From assembly GCA_002633005.1 (NCBI GenBank), contig NMRA01000136.1:784369-848368 (forward strand): 64,000 bases of DNA, read 5' to 3'. The notes under the pieces were generated by a model. That model did no database searches. It was not told the origin of the DNA and saw nothing but the letters and a program-made list of their open reading frames with translations. The translations under genes were made by a program, and so were the position numbers. Shown here piece after piece: positions 12,001 through 24,000 of this stretch. This DNA is from Phoronis australis (Eukaryota > Animalia > Phoronida). Position 1 is the first letter of the stretch; each line of letters begins with the position of its first letter.

Positions 12001-15000
12001 CATGAATTATTAGTCTCAGTTTAAGTAGAATGTGTGGTGGTGGACAGGGACAGTGAAAAGAACTAGGTCATCCAGAAATTTGAGCTTATTTGCTTAAAAC
12101 CACCATTTAACATTGTCAGCACCATTAGTTTGTTTCAAGCACTGCATATCGTAACCGCACATTCAATATCCCGAAACGAGGAGACAGACACTAGGAAGAA
12201 AAACAGATTCAATTCAAACATAATTTTAAGTTTTTTTCTGAAAACCACCACCCATGAATTTTCACTTCAACTGCTGTCCCCCCTCCCATACGGATTTTGC
12301 TGGAACAGAAATTAGATGAATGTGGCATATGAACTAGTCAATGTGTCATGTCCACCCAACACGCGACTTCCTTGTAAAGACTTGTGTCGTATCTGTGCTT
12401 CTCTGATGTCCCACAAGAAAGTGAAAAGCTTGCTCAAATACTGAGTTGTGACAACCAACACAAACAAAACTCTTTCCCATTAATTATTATACCATAAACC
12501 ACCAAAAAATTAGCACCAATACCTGACAACTTTTCACACTAACTACCATGGAAGATGACTATTGCGCTGTGATTGGTTGTCCCCATTCTACTTAGTATGT
12601 ATCGACCAATAACAGTTCAGAACTCAATATCAACTAATAAACAAGTCATATACTAAGTTAGATACTGTTTGTGACTGTTTCAATTTGTCAGTTGATCGAC
12701 CAGAGGGTGGGTTGTCTTTAGTGTTTTTGATATGAAACTGGTGGTCTTAAGCACTTCTTTAAAGAGAAAGCAAATACCTGATTAAAGACACATATTGAAA
12801 ATGCCAACCAAAGTAAAAGTCATTAAAAACTTCATTAAGAATGGATAATAGCCCAAGAAGCAGAGTGAGCTTCTCTCGCAAACTTGTTGCATTAACAAAA
12901 ATTAAAAATTGCCGTCGTATAGGGCTTTAAAAGATGTTATGTACAAGTTGTCTGAAATGCCAACAAAAGGTTAGCTACCAGAATTTTGTCTCAAATTTCA
13001 ACAGAGTGCTACCAGAATTTTGTCTCAAATTTCAACAGAGTGCTATCAGAATTTTGTCTCAAATTTCAACAGAATGCTACCACAATTTTGTCTCAAATTT
13101 CAACAGAATGCTACCAGAATTTTGTCTCAAATTTCAACAGAATGCTACCAGAATTTTGTCTCAATAAGAAAAAACACTGCTGATATTAAATATTAACTAG
13201 AACACTATAAACCAAGTACCTCCTGTTGCCATAAATATTAACTAGAACACTATAAACCAAGTACCTCCTGTTGCCATAAATATTAACTAGAACACTATAA
13301 ACCAAATACCTCCTGTTGCCATAAATATTAACTAGAACACTATAAACCAAGTACCTCCTGTTGCCATAAATATTAACTAGAACACTATAAACCAAATACC
13401 TCCTGTTGCCATAAATATTAACTAGAACACTATAAACCAAGTACCTCCTGTTGCCATTAGCCTATTTCCAGAAACAAAAAAAGAACAGATCAATATAAAC
13501 ACATTTGAAAAATTTCAAAACATTTTATTAGTACAGCATGAGGATGAAGCAGGAAGTACATTACATAACCAGCTTTACCCAACATGCAAAACAGGATCCA
13601 CTCAATGAATTCAGATGGAAAAGCCAAGACGACTTGGTGCGATGACAGAGACCCCTGGCGGCATTCGCCAACAATAACCTACCTGGTCATTAGCACTTCT
13701 CCATTGTTGGGCAGCAGCACCATCTGCAGGGTTCATGGAGACATTGCGTGCTGCTATCACCATTGGAGTCACAGCTAAAAAGAACAGCCGTGAATGCCAG
13801 TGATCAAATGAAGAAACGTTTGGTAGACTTGTGACATTAACGGATAACTTTGAAAATTTTTCAAAAATTTTTCAAACTCAAAAAAGGCGGCTAAAGCTAT
13901 GCAAGAATCATAAGTAACATTTTCAGCAAACACTTTCACCATTGTCAAACACTACTAGAAAATGACTAACCCTGATTCTATATGAAGAATGGAGTTCATA
14001 TTTACTCATTATGGTAAAATATCATCCACTCAGTACACAATATGGCCGACAAGTGAAAATTTTTTTTTTCCTACTTTCTCATAAAGCATAACTAGTGCCG
14101 AATAAATGCTATGTCACTTTTAAAGATCTTAGATACCAAAAGACAATGATTATGAAGAATTATGCGCATTCATAAGAATATTGGAAGCCTTAGAAAATTA
14201 AAAAAGAACAATTTTTTCATCCAAAATTGGTGAGATTTAACCGTACACTGCAATACAAAACAAACCAGGCAAATGAACAGTGCAAGCAAGACAAAGGCAT
14301 GTTTGGTGTACTGACACATATCTAAAAATAGCAATTACAATGAAATGCAACTCTTACTAGACTCCAAATTTTTCAGCGAGCTCTCGACATTCTGAACAAA
14401 CAATGGGTCTTCACTGTTCTCGGCCTCCATCTTGGCCACCTGAACCACCCTCTGGGCACGTCGTGCTATGCTCGATGTGTTCTGCACGATTGCAGCAGGG
14501 TTGCGTCCTTTAATGGCATGTTCCACACGCTCCGTCTCATAGAGGATGGCATCCTCTGAAAACACAGTCAAAGAGTTTACTGCAAAATTATGGTCCTAAT
14601 GGAACAAGTACAGAGAAATTCAGTTGTTCGGTCATTAAAGACAGTCAAAGTTCAGTTGAATTGCTTCAATTAATTTCCAATGTACATTAGAACACTGTCT
14701 ATATCGATGTATAGTCATGACATGCCTAGCACTATTATGACATGGTCTGAAGCCCCACATGGGAGTAGATATGCACAATCACATCACTTTTACAAAAGTA
14801 TGCGTGGATTAATCAATGTGAGCCGACAATGCTTGCAACCATTGTATGATACTGGGGAGTTGAGATGAGTTAAGATTGACAAGGTCAATAGTCCGGAGAT
14901 AATTTTCAAAGTGCTTTAAAATATTTAAAGAGCAGCATAATATCTGGCATAATTATTACTATTATTATTTTAAAATTTGACATTTTACTTTTATTTAACT

Positions 15001-18000
15001 AGGCCAAAAACGTCAAAATGAGGTCATACTCAACAAGTCAATTACCATTAGCCTTGATGAATGAGGTCATACTCAACAAGTCCATTACCATTAGCCTTGA
15101 TGAATGAGGTCATACTCAACAAGTCCATTACCATTAGCCTTGATGAATGAGGTCATACTCAACAAGTCAATTACCATTAGCCTTGATGAATGCGGCAGAG
15201 TCAGTGGCAACATCCACCATGTTTTTCAGTTTCTCCACATTGTCTACGTATTCCTTCTTCATCAGTTCAAAGTGGTCCTCAGCCCCTTTGTTACCAGGGT
15301 TGGACAGCACTATGCTGGCAGCGTTGACGATCTGAGGGATCTGACTGTTCAGCTGGTCAGACGCATTAATAATACCTTCAACCACCTTTTTGTTACAACA
15401 ATCACCCGTGGCAGCAAGCATCTTTGACGTGTCAACCAATCTGTAACCATGGTCTTCAAAAGCTCGAGCCTTTTCTTGGAAATTGGGGTTCCTATTGGGG
15501 GTGTCTGGAAATGATCGCTTTGTGGAGTTAATTCACAGAATAAAGCCACAATATGGTGTAAATATCAAAAATGTAACTATGCATTCAACAGGCTTCCTTG
15601 TAAGAGTTGATCACATTCATTGATTAGACATTGGTAAGCCTGACCAAAGTGTCCATTTTCCAGGTTTTGGCAAAAAATTGAAATGACAATAAGCAGAAAC
15701 TTCAATGAGAGTTTTAACAAAAAGTCAAAAATAATAGGTAAAACACTTGACTAATAAGCATGAGCTTAAGGTGAGCTTAAATCAATATAGCAAAAATGAA
15801 AATGCAGTTCAGAAAATAAAAATCAATAAAAGATATTCAAAAATTTTGAAGCAAAATTTGAATGACTTTCCAACATACTTTTCTACGATCTTCTGACTTC
15901 TGAAAAAATTAAAACTTGAAGTCCCCGAAAATTGGATTACTTGGCCTGCAACACCTGTTGGGCACACAGACCACCAATTAAACATTGATATCACCCAATA
16001 TCACTTACCAGGCGGTGCTAATGCCGCTTTACTCAGCTCTTTGAGTGGTGTTGTTATGTCCATGAAGTCATCAGCTACCTTCTTCATTACAGCGCCCTGG
16101 ATTTTGTTCTTTAGCTCCTGCAGTTTCCCAGACAAGTTGCGCGCGATTGCCTTTGCTTGCGGAGTGTTGCCCTAAAATTGCCCAAACATTATTGGAAGAT
16201 TAAATTCATATCATTTTGATACTCAATTTAAGGTTATGTACGACTTTTTCGACAATCTGTTTTTGAACTTACGGTATATCAATCTGCCACTAATTGAGTC
16301 AGGCGACAATCGTCTTTTTAGTAAAATTTAGCAAGAATGAAAGGTACCTTGAACATCAGTTTCAATAACATGACCTAAGTCTGTTTGACATTAATGACAA
16401 AATCTCAAAAATGATGATAGAGTTTTCTAAGTTAGCATCTTGTGATTTCAAGCAACTTTTGATTTTTTTTCATAAACATCTTAAAAGTCCTATTTTTGCT
16501 AGAACATCATGCTTAAGTATGCATTTTTTAAAAAAAGATTTTCCTAACTATGTTTGGAGAACAGTGTTTTACATAACCTTAAATGCCTTCATAACCCAAA
16601 GTTCAGGATACTGGACAAATTTATTGTTTTTTGTTAGTAACTCGATAATTCCCAATATAAAGTTATTAAAGTAAGTATGCAATAAAGAGTTAACTAATGG
16701 GGTTATGAGTTATATATTCATTCATATTTCGTGGTATGCAACTAAATAAAAGTAAACACAATTTGATTAAATTTAGAGCTATTGATTAAAATCACCGCAT
16801 GAAAATGAGATCTACATAAATCAGGACCTGACAAAAAGATGCGACCTCAAATACCAGCTGGAATCCCTCAAAAAAGACACAGTGTGGTCTACTCAATTTA
16901 GCAACTCCAGAAAGGGGTTGCTCTGGACTACCAATCATCTATACACCCCATACACACCATTCCTCTACGACACAGATCAGCCAGTTCATTAGTCAACTGT
17001 TCCACATCATCACATAGTCTCAACACCTCATTTCTCTCAGGCCCCTGCAGGGTATTTGCCACCTTACGACCCTCAGCTATCACAGCCCTTGTCGCCTGCT
17101 CACCTATATGATAAAGATGACCAGCTGAGACCAGTTGAGACACTGTTCAAAAAGTTTTAACATTTTCATTAGTGTACAAAAAGTACACTTCGTTGATATT
17201 TTGACAAAAGATTACTTAATATGGTATATCTTCACTTATTTATGAATGAAAACTGAAATTTTATTTTGTCAAAATTTGTCACAAAAATAAAAAGCAAAAA
17301 AACATTCTAGCAAAAACAAACAGCACAGTTTGTGTCATAGGCGGATTTAGGGCCCCCCCTTGGCTGCCGCAAAAAAAAATAAAACAGCAAGAGTGTAGAG
17401 AAATGTTGAGTTTATTAATTTGCCCCGGTAATTAAAATTATACGGATGAAAAAAGATTTAAATGTGTGCAGTTTTAATGTTTGGGGGGGCTCAGATCCAA
17501 TTTCAAGTGTGAAATTCGGAACACAACATTCGTAACGGAACTATAACTAAGTGTAGGCTCTCCCGCGATATCCCAGGCGACCGGCAGTGGCGCTGCGCAC
17601 TACGACTCCGTTTCCGTCGTCTGCTCCACTGTGCAATGAAGAAAATTTACTTCATTTTTTAAAGAAAATGGAACCTGAGCAACGATGAAAAAACAGAACC
17701 TGCTGGTAAGATGTGAATTCTAATCGAAGCCTTAGTGAATCACTCAGAAACTCATTAATTCTCTCTTTGTCAAACCTTAACTTAAGACAATTTCCAAAGC
17801 AATCCCGTCATTATTGCCAACACGAAAAATGGATTTGGTCTTTTGGGCATTTGAAGACTATTTTAAATACAACAAATTTGTTAAGAACCGATTGCACAAA
17901 ATATAAAACATGTAATAAGCATTACAAAAAGAAGTATGTTTCACGCGCAAACGCTTTGGACCATAAACAAGTAGGTCTATTAGTTTAAGTTTATTAGTGA

Positions 18001-21000
18001 AATCGTGGTAGTGTAGTGGTAAAGCACGTGCGTACTATCAGCCAGGTCGTGAGTTCGAGTCTGTCGCAGTTTTTTCTGTGTGACACATTCTCCGTGTTTT
18101 TTTTTGCCTTTTTTTCTTGGATAATACATAAGAAATCAAGGAAAATGCTTGATTTTTAGAGAAAAAACAGAAAAATTTCCTGGGCGGGACACCCCCTCCC
18201 GGCCTCCCCCCATTCGGTGCTATGCGCATCTACAATCGTGGTTTGCGCAAATGCTTATAGCCGGACAAAATGTTGGGCCCCCCCTTGTGATATCCTAGAT
18301 CCGCCACTGTGTGTTGTGCAGACGTCATAATACAAAATTTGGGAAAGTTTCCATTATTTGTTGTAGGAAAGTAGACAGTTTTCAAAAAATGGAAAATAGC
18401 AATTTTGGTAATTATTTTTGTGTGAACTATAAGGAGAATTACTATACTCTAAAATAACAAGGTGAAAATAATGAGACTTAAAAAAAAACTTGTTGACTGC
18501 ATTTCTCGGATTTTCATTAATCTGCCGATGTTAATTGCAAAACCTGTCATTACAAAAAGCCCAGAAGTCACCATGAAAAAAAAAACATTGTGACATTACT
18601 GTTGATACAAAAATGCAATAAAAAGTTCAATTTTGCCTTTTCACATCACAAATTTTTGTGATGTCAAAAGCATACGCTGGATGTGACTCCCACCATACAC
18701 AAAGGTAGGCATTTTTGTACACACATAAAAATGGCAATAATTGTGAATGATCTGTTACAAAATTTTTGATATGCAATAGAGGATGCAGTAAAAAGAGGCA
18801 AGCAGACAACAATTTAAAGTGTCTTGAATAATGTCTAGCAGCATCTAGTGGTGCCTAGGTATAGTCACCTTGAATGACATCACAGCAATATATCAGGTAG
18901 TAGTTTGATGGAGGAATAATAATGTAAATAGTTTAATAAAAATAAACACACACTGAAACTGAGAATGGCCATGAAAACAGGCTAACTACAAAAGACTGGG
19001 AACAAAATAATACACAATTTAAAGTCAATGCATATATCTCTGACAAAAACCAAACAACTCCAAAGTCTTTCTAGAGTCATTTACACAAAATAATTAAAGA
19101 ATATAAGAAAGTTCCTTGATGGAACATACCACCAAACACTTTTGATTCTAAAGCAACTAGTGAACAGTCAAACCTGTTCACAATGTTTCATGTCACTATC
19201 ATCATGTTACCTAGTCCCTTGTCAGCACCAGGATTGGCCAGCCAGCGTTGAGCTTGTTCCACTCGTCCGTCCATTGTATGCGCAGCCTTAATAAGCCCCG
19301 CCTTCTCTGTCTGTGCCACAGCGTGGTCGACACGGTCCTGAAGATCATCCATTTTCTGCTGGATGCCACGAGCGAGCGCAACCGCCGCAGGACTATCACC
19401 CTGGGGAATAATTTCATGAAATGGAGTGAACTTTATAACCAGTGAATAACAGTGAAACTGTGCCATTTATTGACTGAGTATTGATACTCAAACAGCAGAT
19501 TTTAACTAACTTGAAAACAAAAACATAAATTTCTCTGCTGTAGAAAACATATCATGAGTAATAAGACACAGTAGCCAAAGTTTTTGCCCTCACCAGTCCT
19601 TGCGAGCGCAACTCTGCCAGCGAGTCAACCATTGACTGTATGTCTCCCACTTGTTTTTTGATGGCCTCAGCCTCTGCTGGATTGTTACATCGTTCCGCTA
19701 CCTTCATGGCATCCTCCAGTATCTGCCTGAGGGACCTTTCACCTTGGGTCAAGGGTCAGAAGTAGTTAAGCAGAGGATATGGAAGGTCAAGGTTCATGGA
19801 GGATACAACATTGCAGCACATTGTGCGATGGAAAAGCAACAATCTAATTAAAACCAATTGAAAAGTTCAGGAAAATCGATCAAAAAGTGAAAAAGATGAT
19901 TTCAGACTACATTTTGAGTACAACTCAAAACAAATTTGTTCTGTTAACACTACGAATGATGGCCCGAAAAAATGTGACCTCAGCTGTGACCTCAACTTTT
20001 GAGATCAACCAAAGTATGACCACACTAAGTTAAGGAATTTTGTATAGTTTTGTGTCAGCAAATTTTGAAATCATGGTTAAAGCAATATTATTTTTTAAAA
20101 TTACCCTTGCAACTTACTGACAACACTAAAAAAGAATACAAGTGGCCTGATGCCTTTTACGGTACAACAGGCACCATTAGGCCACAAGGCCAGGCCCAAT
20201 ACACTAATCACCTGGTAAGTCTCATCACTTTCCTCATGCCTTGGGTAAAATCTTCCAATCTACCCGTTTGTTCCAGAAAAATAGAAAGACTATTAAACCT
20301 GAAAGAACTAGCAATGTCAACCATGCAGGTTATGTGTCCATCAAGTAGATCATGGTGTCTTGTGTAAGCAGGGCAAATCTCAACCAGATGTTGAGTAGTC
20401 TTTGCCTCCAGACCACAGTTGGGACACCGACAACACTAACAACACCGTCATCGCTCTTTTTACAAATCCCCTCTCCCCCAACTTACCGACACCGCCAACG
20501 ACTCCACGAGGATCCTGCAGCCAATCCTTGGCTTGCTTCATTCTACCCTCTATGGCATTCTAGGAAAACAACAAATTGTTAGTTTGTATACAAAGATTTA
20601 AAGCTCACATCAAACAGAATGCTGTAATAGGAAACTTTGCATTCACCAGGCAGTCAGGAAGAAAGGATTGTTTTTTTATTATAAAAAAGCTATTCACCTA
20701 CTTTAGGTTTTTTGTGGCATGAGGATCAACGCTACTGTTTAAAAGCATGCAATTATTCTGAGTCTATATAATGGAATTAAGAGTCTAGCATTTTCATGAG
20801 CTATATTGGAGTATGAAATATTCTAAATGCAACACCTCACCACTGTGAGAGTACAGAAGCACCTTTTGTTTGACGCATTTTCTAATTTTTATGAGCAAAA
20901 CGGGCCAAGTTGACAGGGACAAAACTCAAGTTATTTCACTCACAAACATTTTGAAATATTGGAATTTTTGTCTGAACTCTTTTAACCACCATACAACAGA

Positions 21001-24000
21001 GGCAATTTGACAGTAGGATGGTTACAACAGAGGCAATTTGACAGTAGCATGGTTACAAAGAATTTTTTTAAAATGATGGAAAAATCCCCACTACATTAAA
21101 TCCAAACAAGAATACAGACAGCTGTCCACCAACTGTTCTGTTGCCACCTATCGACAAGGCATGCCTCATAATGTCGCCCCCTATATTGCAAAATGACTAT
21201 TGCTTATAAACGATGCAGTAAGTAGATAATGAACAATGGTCAGAAGCTGGAACAAGGAAAGATGAGAGTACAGAAAAATTCTCCAGTTTGAGACAGTGAA
21301 AAATTATAAGGATTTTTGTTTGGAGCTTCATGTACAAAACTCAAGAATTGAAATCATTGACAAACAATCACTCACCTTCATGTTATGCACAGTGTGGGCA
21401 CGTGAACATGTTGCATCGGTGGCTTTTTTCGAAGATTTGAAGCAATGACAAAATTATTTTCAGACTGCTGATACAAAATACAGTTTGATATTTGAGAGGT
21501 GTGATGAGGGCCAACATTGCTACAATCCCAATTTCCACAATCAAGAAAATTCAATTTCACCTTGAATTTCAGTGTCCCAAAATTTAAAGACTGTCCCAAA
21601 CTGGAGAATATTTACTGTACATGGTACTGTACGATGAACAAAACTTTATTTGCATAAGCTCCACCTACCCTGGCCTTCTTCATCACCATTATGTCATCAG
21701 CATCCCATTCATCTTCATCGTATGTGGTCAGCTGTAGGACTCGGATGATCTCCTGGATCTCATCCGACATAACACGCACTGTATAGTCTCTGTTTTCTTG
21801 TGCCTCTTTCAGTCCAGGCATGCCTGCAAACAGTGAATATGATCAGTTGTGCCTCTTTATTGTCCAGGCGTACCTGTAAATAATGGACATAATGTGTTGT
21901 GCCTATTTCAGCCCAGGGTTATCTGCAAACAGTGGATACGACGAGTTGTGCCTCTTTCAGTCCAGGGATATCTGCAAATAGTGGATATGAGTTGTGCCTC
22001 TTTCAGCCCAGGGGTACCTACAAACAGTGGATATGATGACTGTGAAGGTTTAGAGACAACTCTGCATTCAGCCACCAGGAACTGTTCTAATTTTTTGAAC
22101 AGCTTATTTCAAATGACCAGCAAAAATTCATTTAAGGACCTCTGAAGTGGAACCCCTATGCTAATATAGGAAGGGACAACATTTTCAGCGTGACATTTAA
22201 TTTCTTGCCTATGTCATTTTAATAAGAGTAAGCCATTTAAAAAAAATGAACTGTTTTTGGCATTATCAAGCGTGGCTTCACTTCAAGGTAAATTGAAGAA
22301 ATCTCACATTAAACAATTTCAGAGGTAAACATATTTTACCAATTTTGGCATCCTCATTAGCATATAAGACATCTCACCTCTTCATCTGATACAACTGTCA
22401 TTAAATAGTGCAGCTGGCGCGAGTCCTGTCCGAGGTGCACCAGACACGTGAAGCCCACTGAGACCAGACCTATTGCTTCGAATCTTATCAAAAATCAGCA
22501 AAATTTTAAAGGAAAAATTTATGGCAATTTGACTTTTACATTTTCTGCACCACAGCTTTCTTTTGTCAAAAATACCCCACCACAGATTCATTAGCCTTTA
22601 GCCTACTTTTGTCAAGGTTCTCAAATAACTGGGTACAATTTCCATGTTTTTTATGATTATCCACATAAAATTATGGCCAGCTGATCTTATGACTTCAGTA
22701 ACAACTAGAATCAGCATGTACATGTTGTGAAGTAATTGGGCCCCACCTTGAGAATTCGTTGACACAAATATCTTGATTGCACTAATGAGTACAGGGATAA
22801 GTTGCTTGACCGTTGCTATCGACCTCTGAAGCATCTCCCGGTGCACCTGGTGAGTCAACTCCTTCTCACGAGCGTCCACTTGTTTTGTCATGTCTGTCAG
22901 ACCAGGGGTCAGTTTCTGAAAAGCGAAAGAAATAAAGACATGATAGTAGTTTATAACTAAACTGGAATGAGACAAAATCTTCTACTTTATGATGTTTTTT
23001 ACACGAAGTTTAAACAGAGATTTACAGCCAGTCTAAAATTTTCATCTAAGTCTGCGTATGAACTTTGTCAAAATGTTGCAAAGTTACATCATTTTACTAA
23101 AACAGGCCGTTGCTGGTCCAACTGTGTTATGGTTGACGGTTGTGAAACAATAACTATTGCAAAAAATATTAAGTAAAGATCTCTTTGGAACCAAAGAACC
23201 ACACCTAGTCTCACCTAGTGTTTAGTAATAGTAAGTACATATCTGGCAACACAAACTGTTTGCACAGACGTAAAAGGACAACAGTTTTACCGGGCACATT
23301 ATGGATTTGAAAACCAATGTAAACAAGGTAGTGCATTATCTGTAGTGCAGTAATACAGCAGTTATCATGCTTTAAAGAAGTGACAGTCAGATGTCACAAA
23401 GCAGTCAGTAATGTAGTGAGCCAGTACTTTAATTGAGTCAGTCATACAGTGACAGTCAGACGTCATAAAGCACTCAGTAATGTAGTGAGCCAGTAGTTTA
23501 AATGAGTCATTCATACAATGACAGTCAGACGTCCTAAAGCAGTCAGTAATGTAGTGAGCCAGTAGTTTAATTGAGTCAGTCATACAGTGACAGTCAGAAG
23601 TCATAAAGCAGTCAGTAATATAGTGAGCCAGTACTTTAATTGAGTCAGTCATACAGTGACAGTCAGACGTCACAAAGCAGTCAGTAATATAGTGAGCCAG
23701 TACTTTAATTGAGTCAGTCATACATTGACAGTCAGACGTCATAAAGCACTCAGTAATGTAGTGAGCCACTAGTTTAATTGAGTCAGTCATACAGTGACAG
23801 TCAGACGTCATAAAGCAGTCAGTAATACAGTGAGCCAGTACTTTAATTGAGTCAGTCATACAGTGACAGTCAGAAGTCGTAAAGCAGTCAGTACCGTAAT
23901 GAGGCAGTAGTTTAAATGAGTCAGTTATACAGTGACAGTCAGGAGTCATAAAGCAGTCATAAATGTAGTGAGCCAGTACTTTAATGGAGTCAGTCATACC

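Noticed and set aside
12150-12210. Strong pyrimidine tract plus AG in the intron between exons 13683-13774 and 11859-11982
   Set aside because: Only weak donors follow, and an insertion would interrupt a conserved helix.
12974-13457. CRISPR-like appearance of regularly spaced repeats, and repetitive ORFs 12934-13440
   Set aside because: The units are contiguous with no unique spacers, there are no cas genes, and the context is a eukaryotic intron. The ORFs are by-products of the repeats.
18003-18075. tRNA gene
   Set aside because: A and B boxes are present, but I could not fold an acceptor or anticodon stem. It is treated as tRNA-derived sequence inside a transposon.
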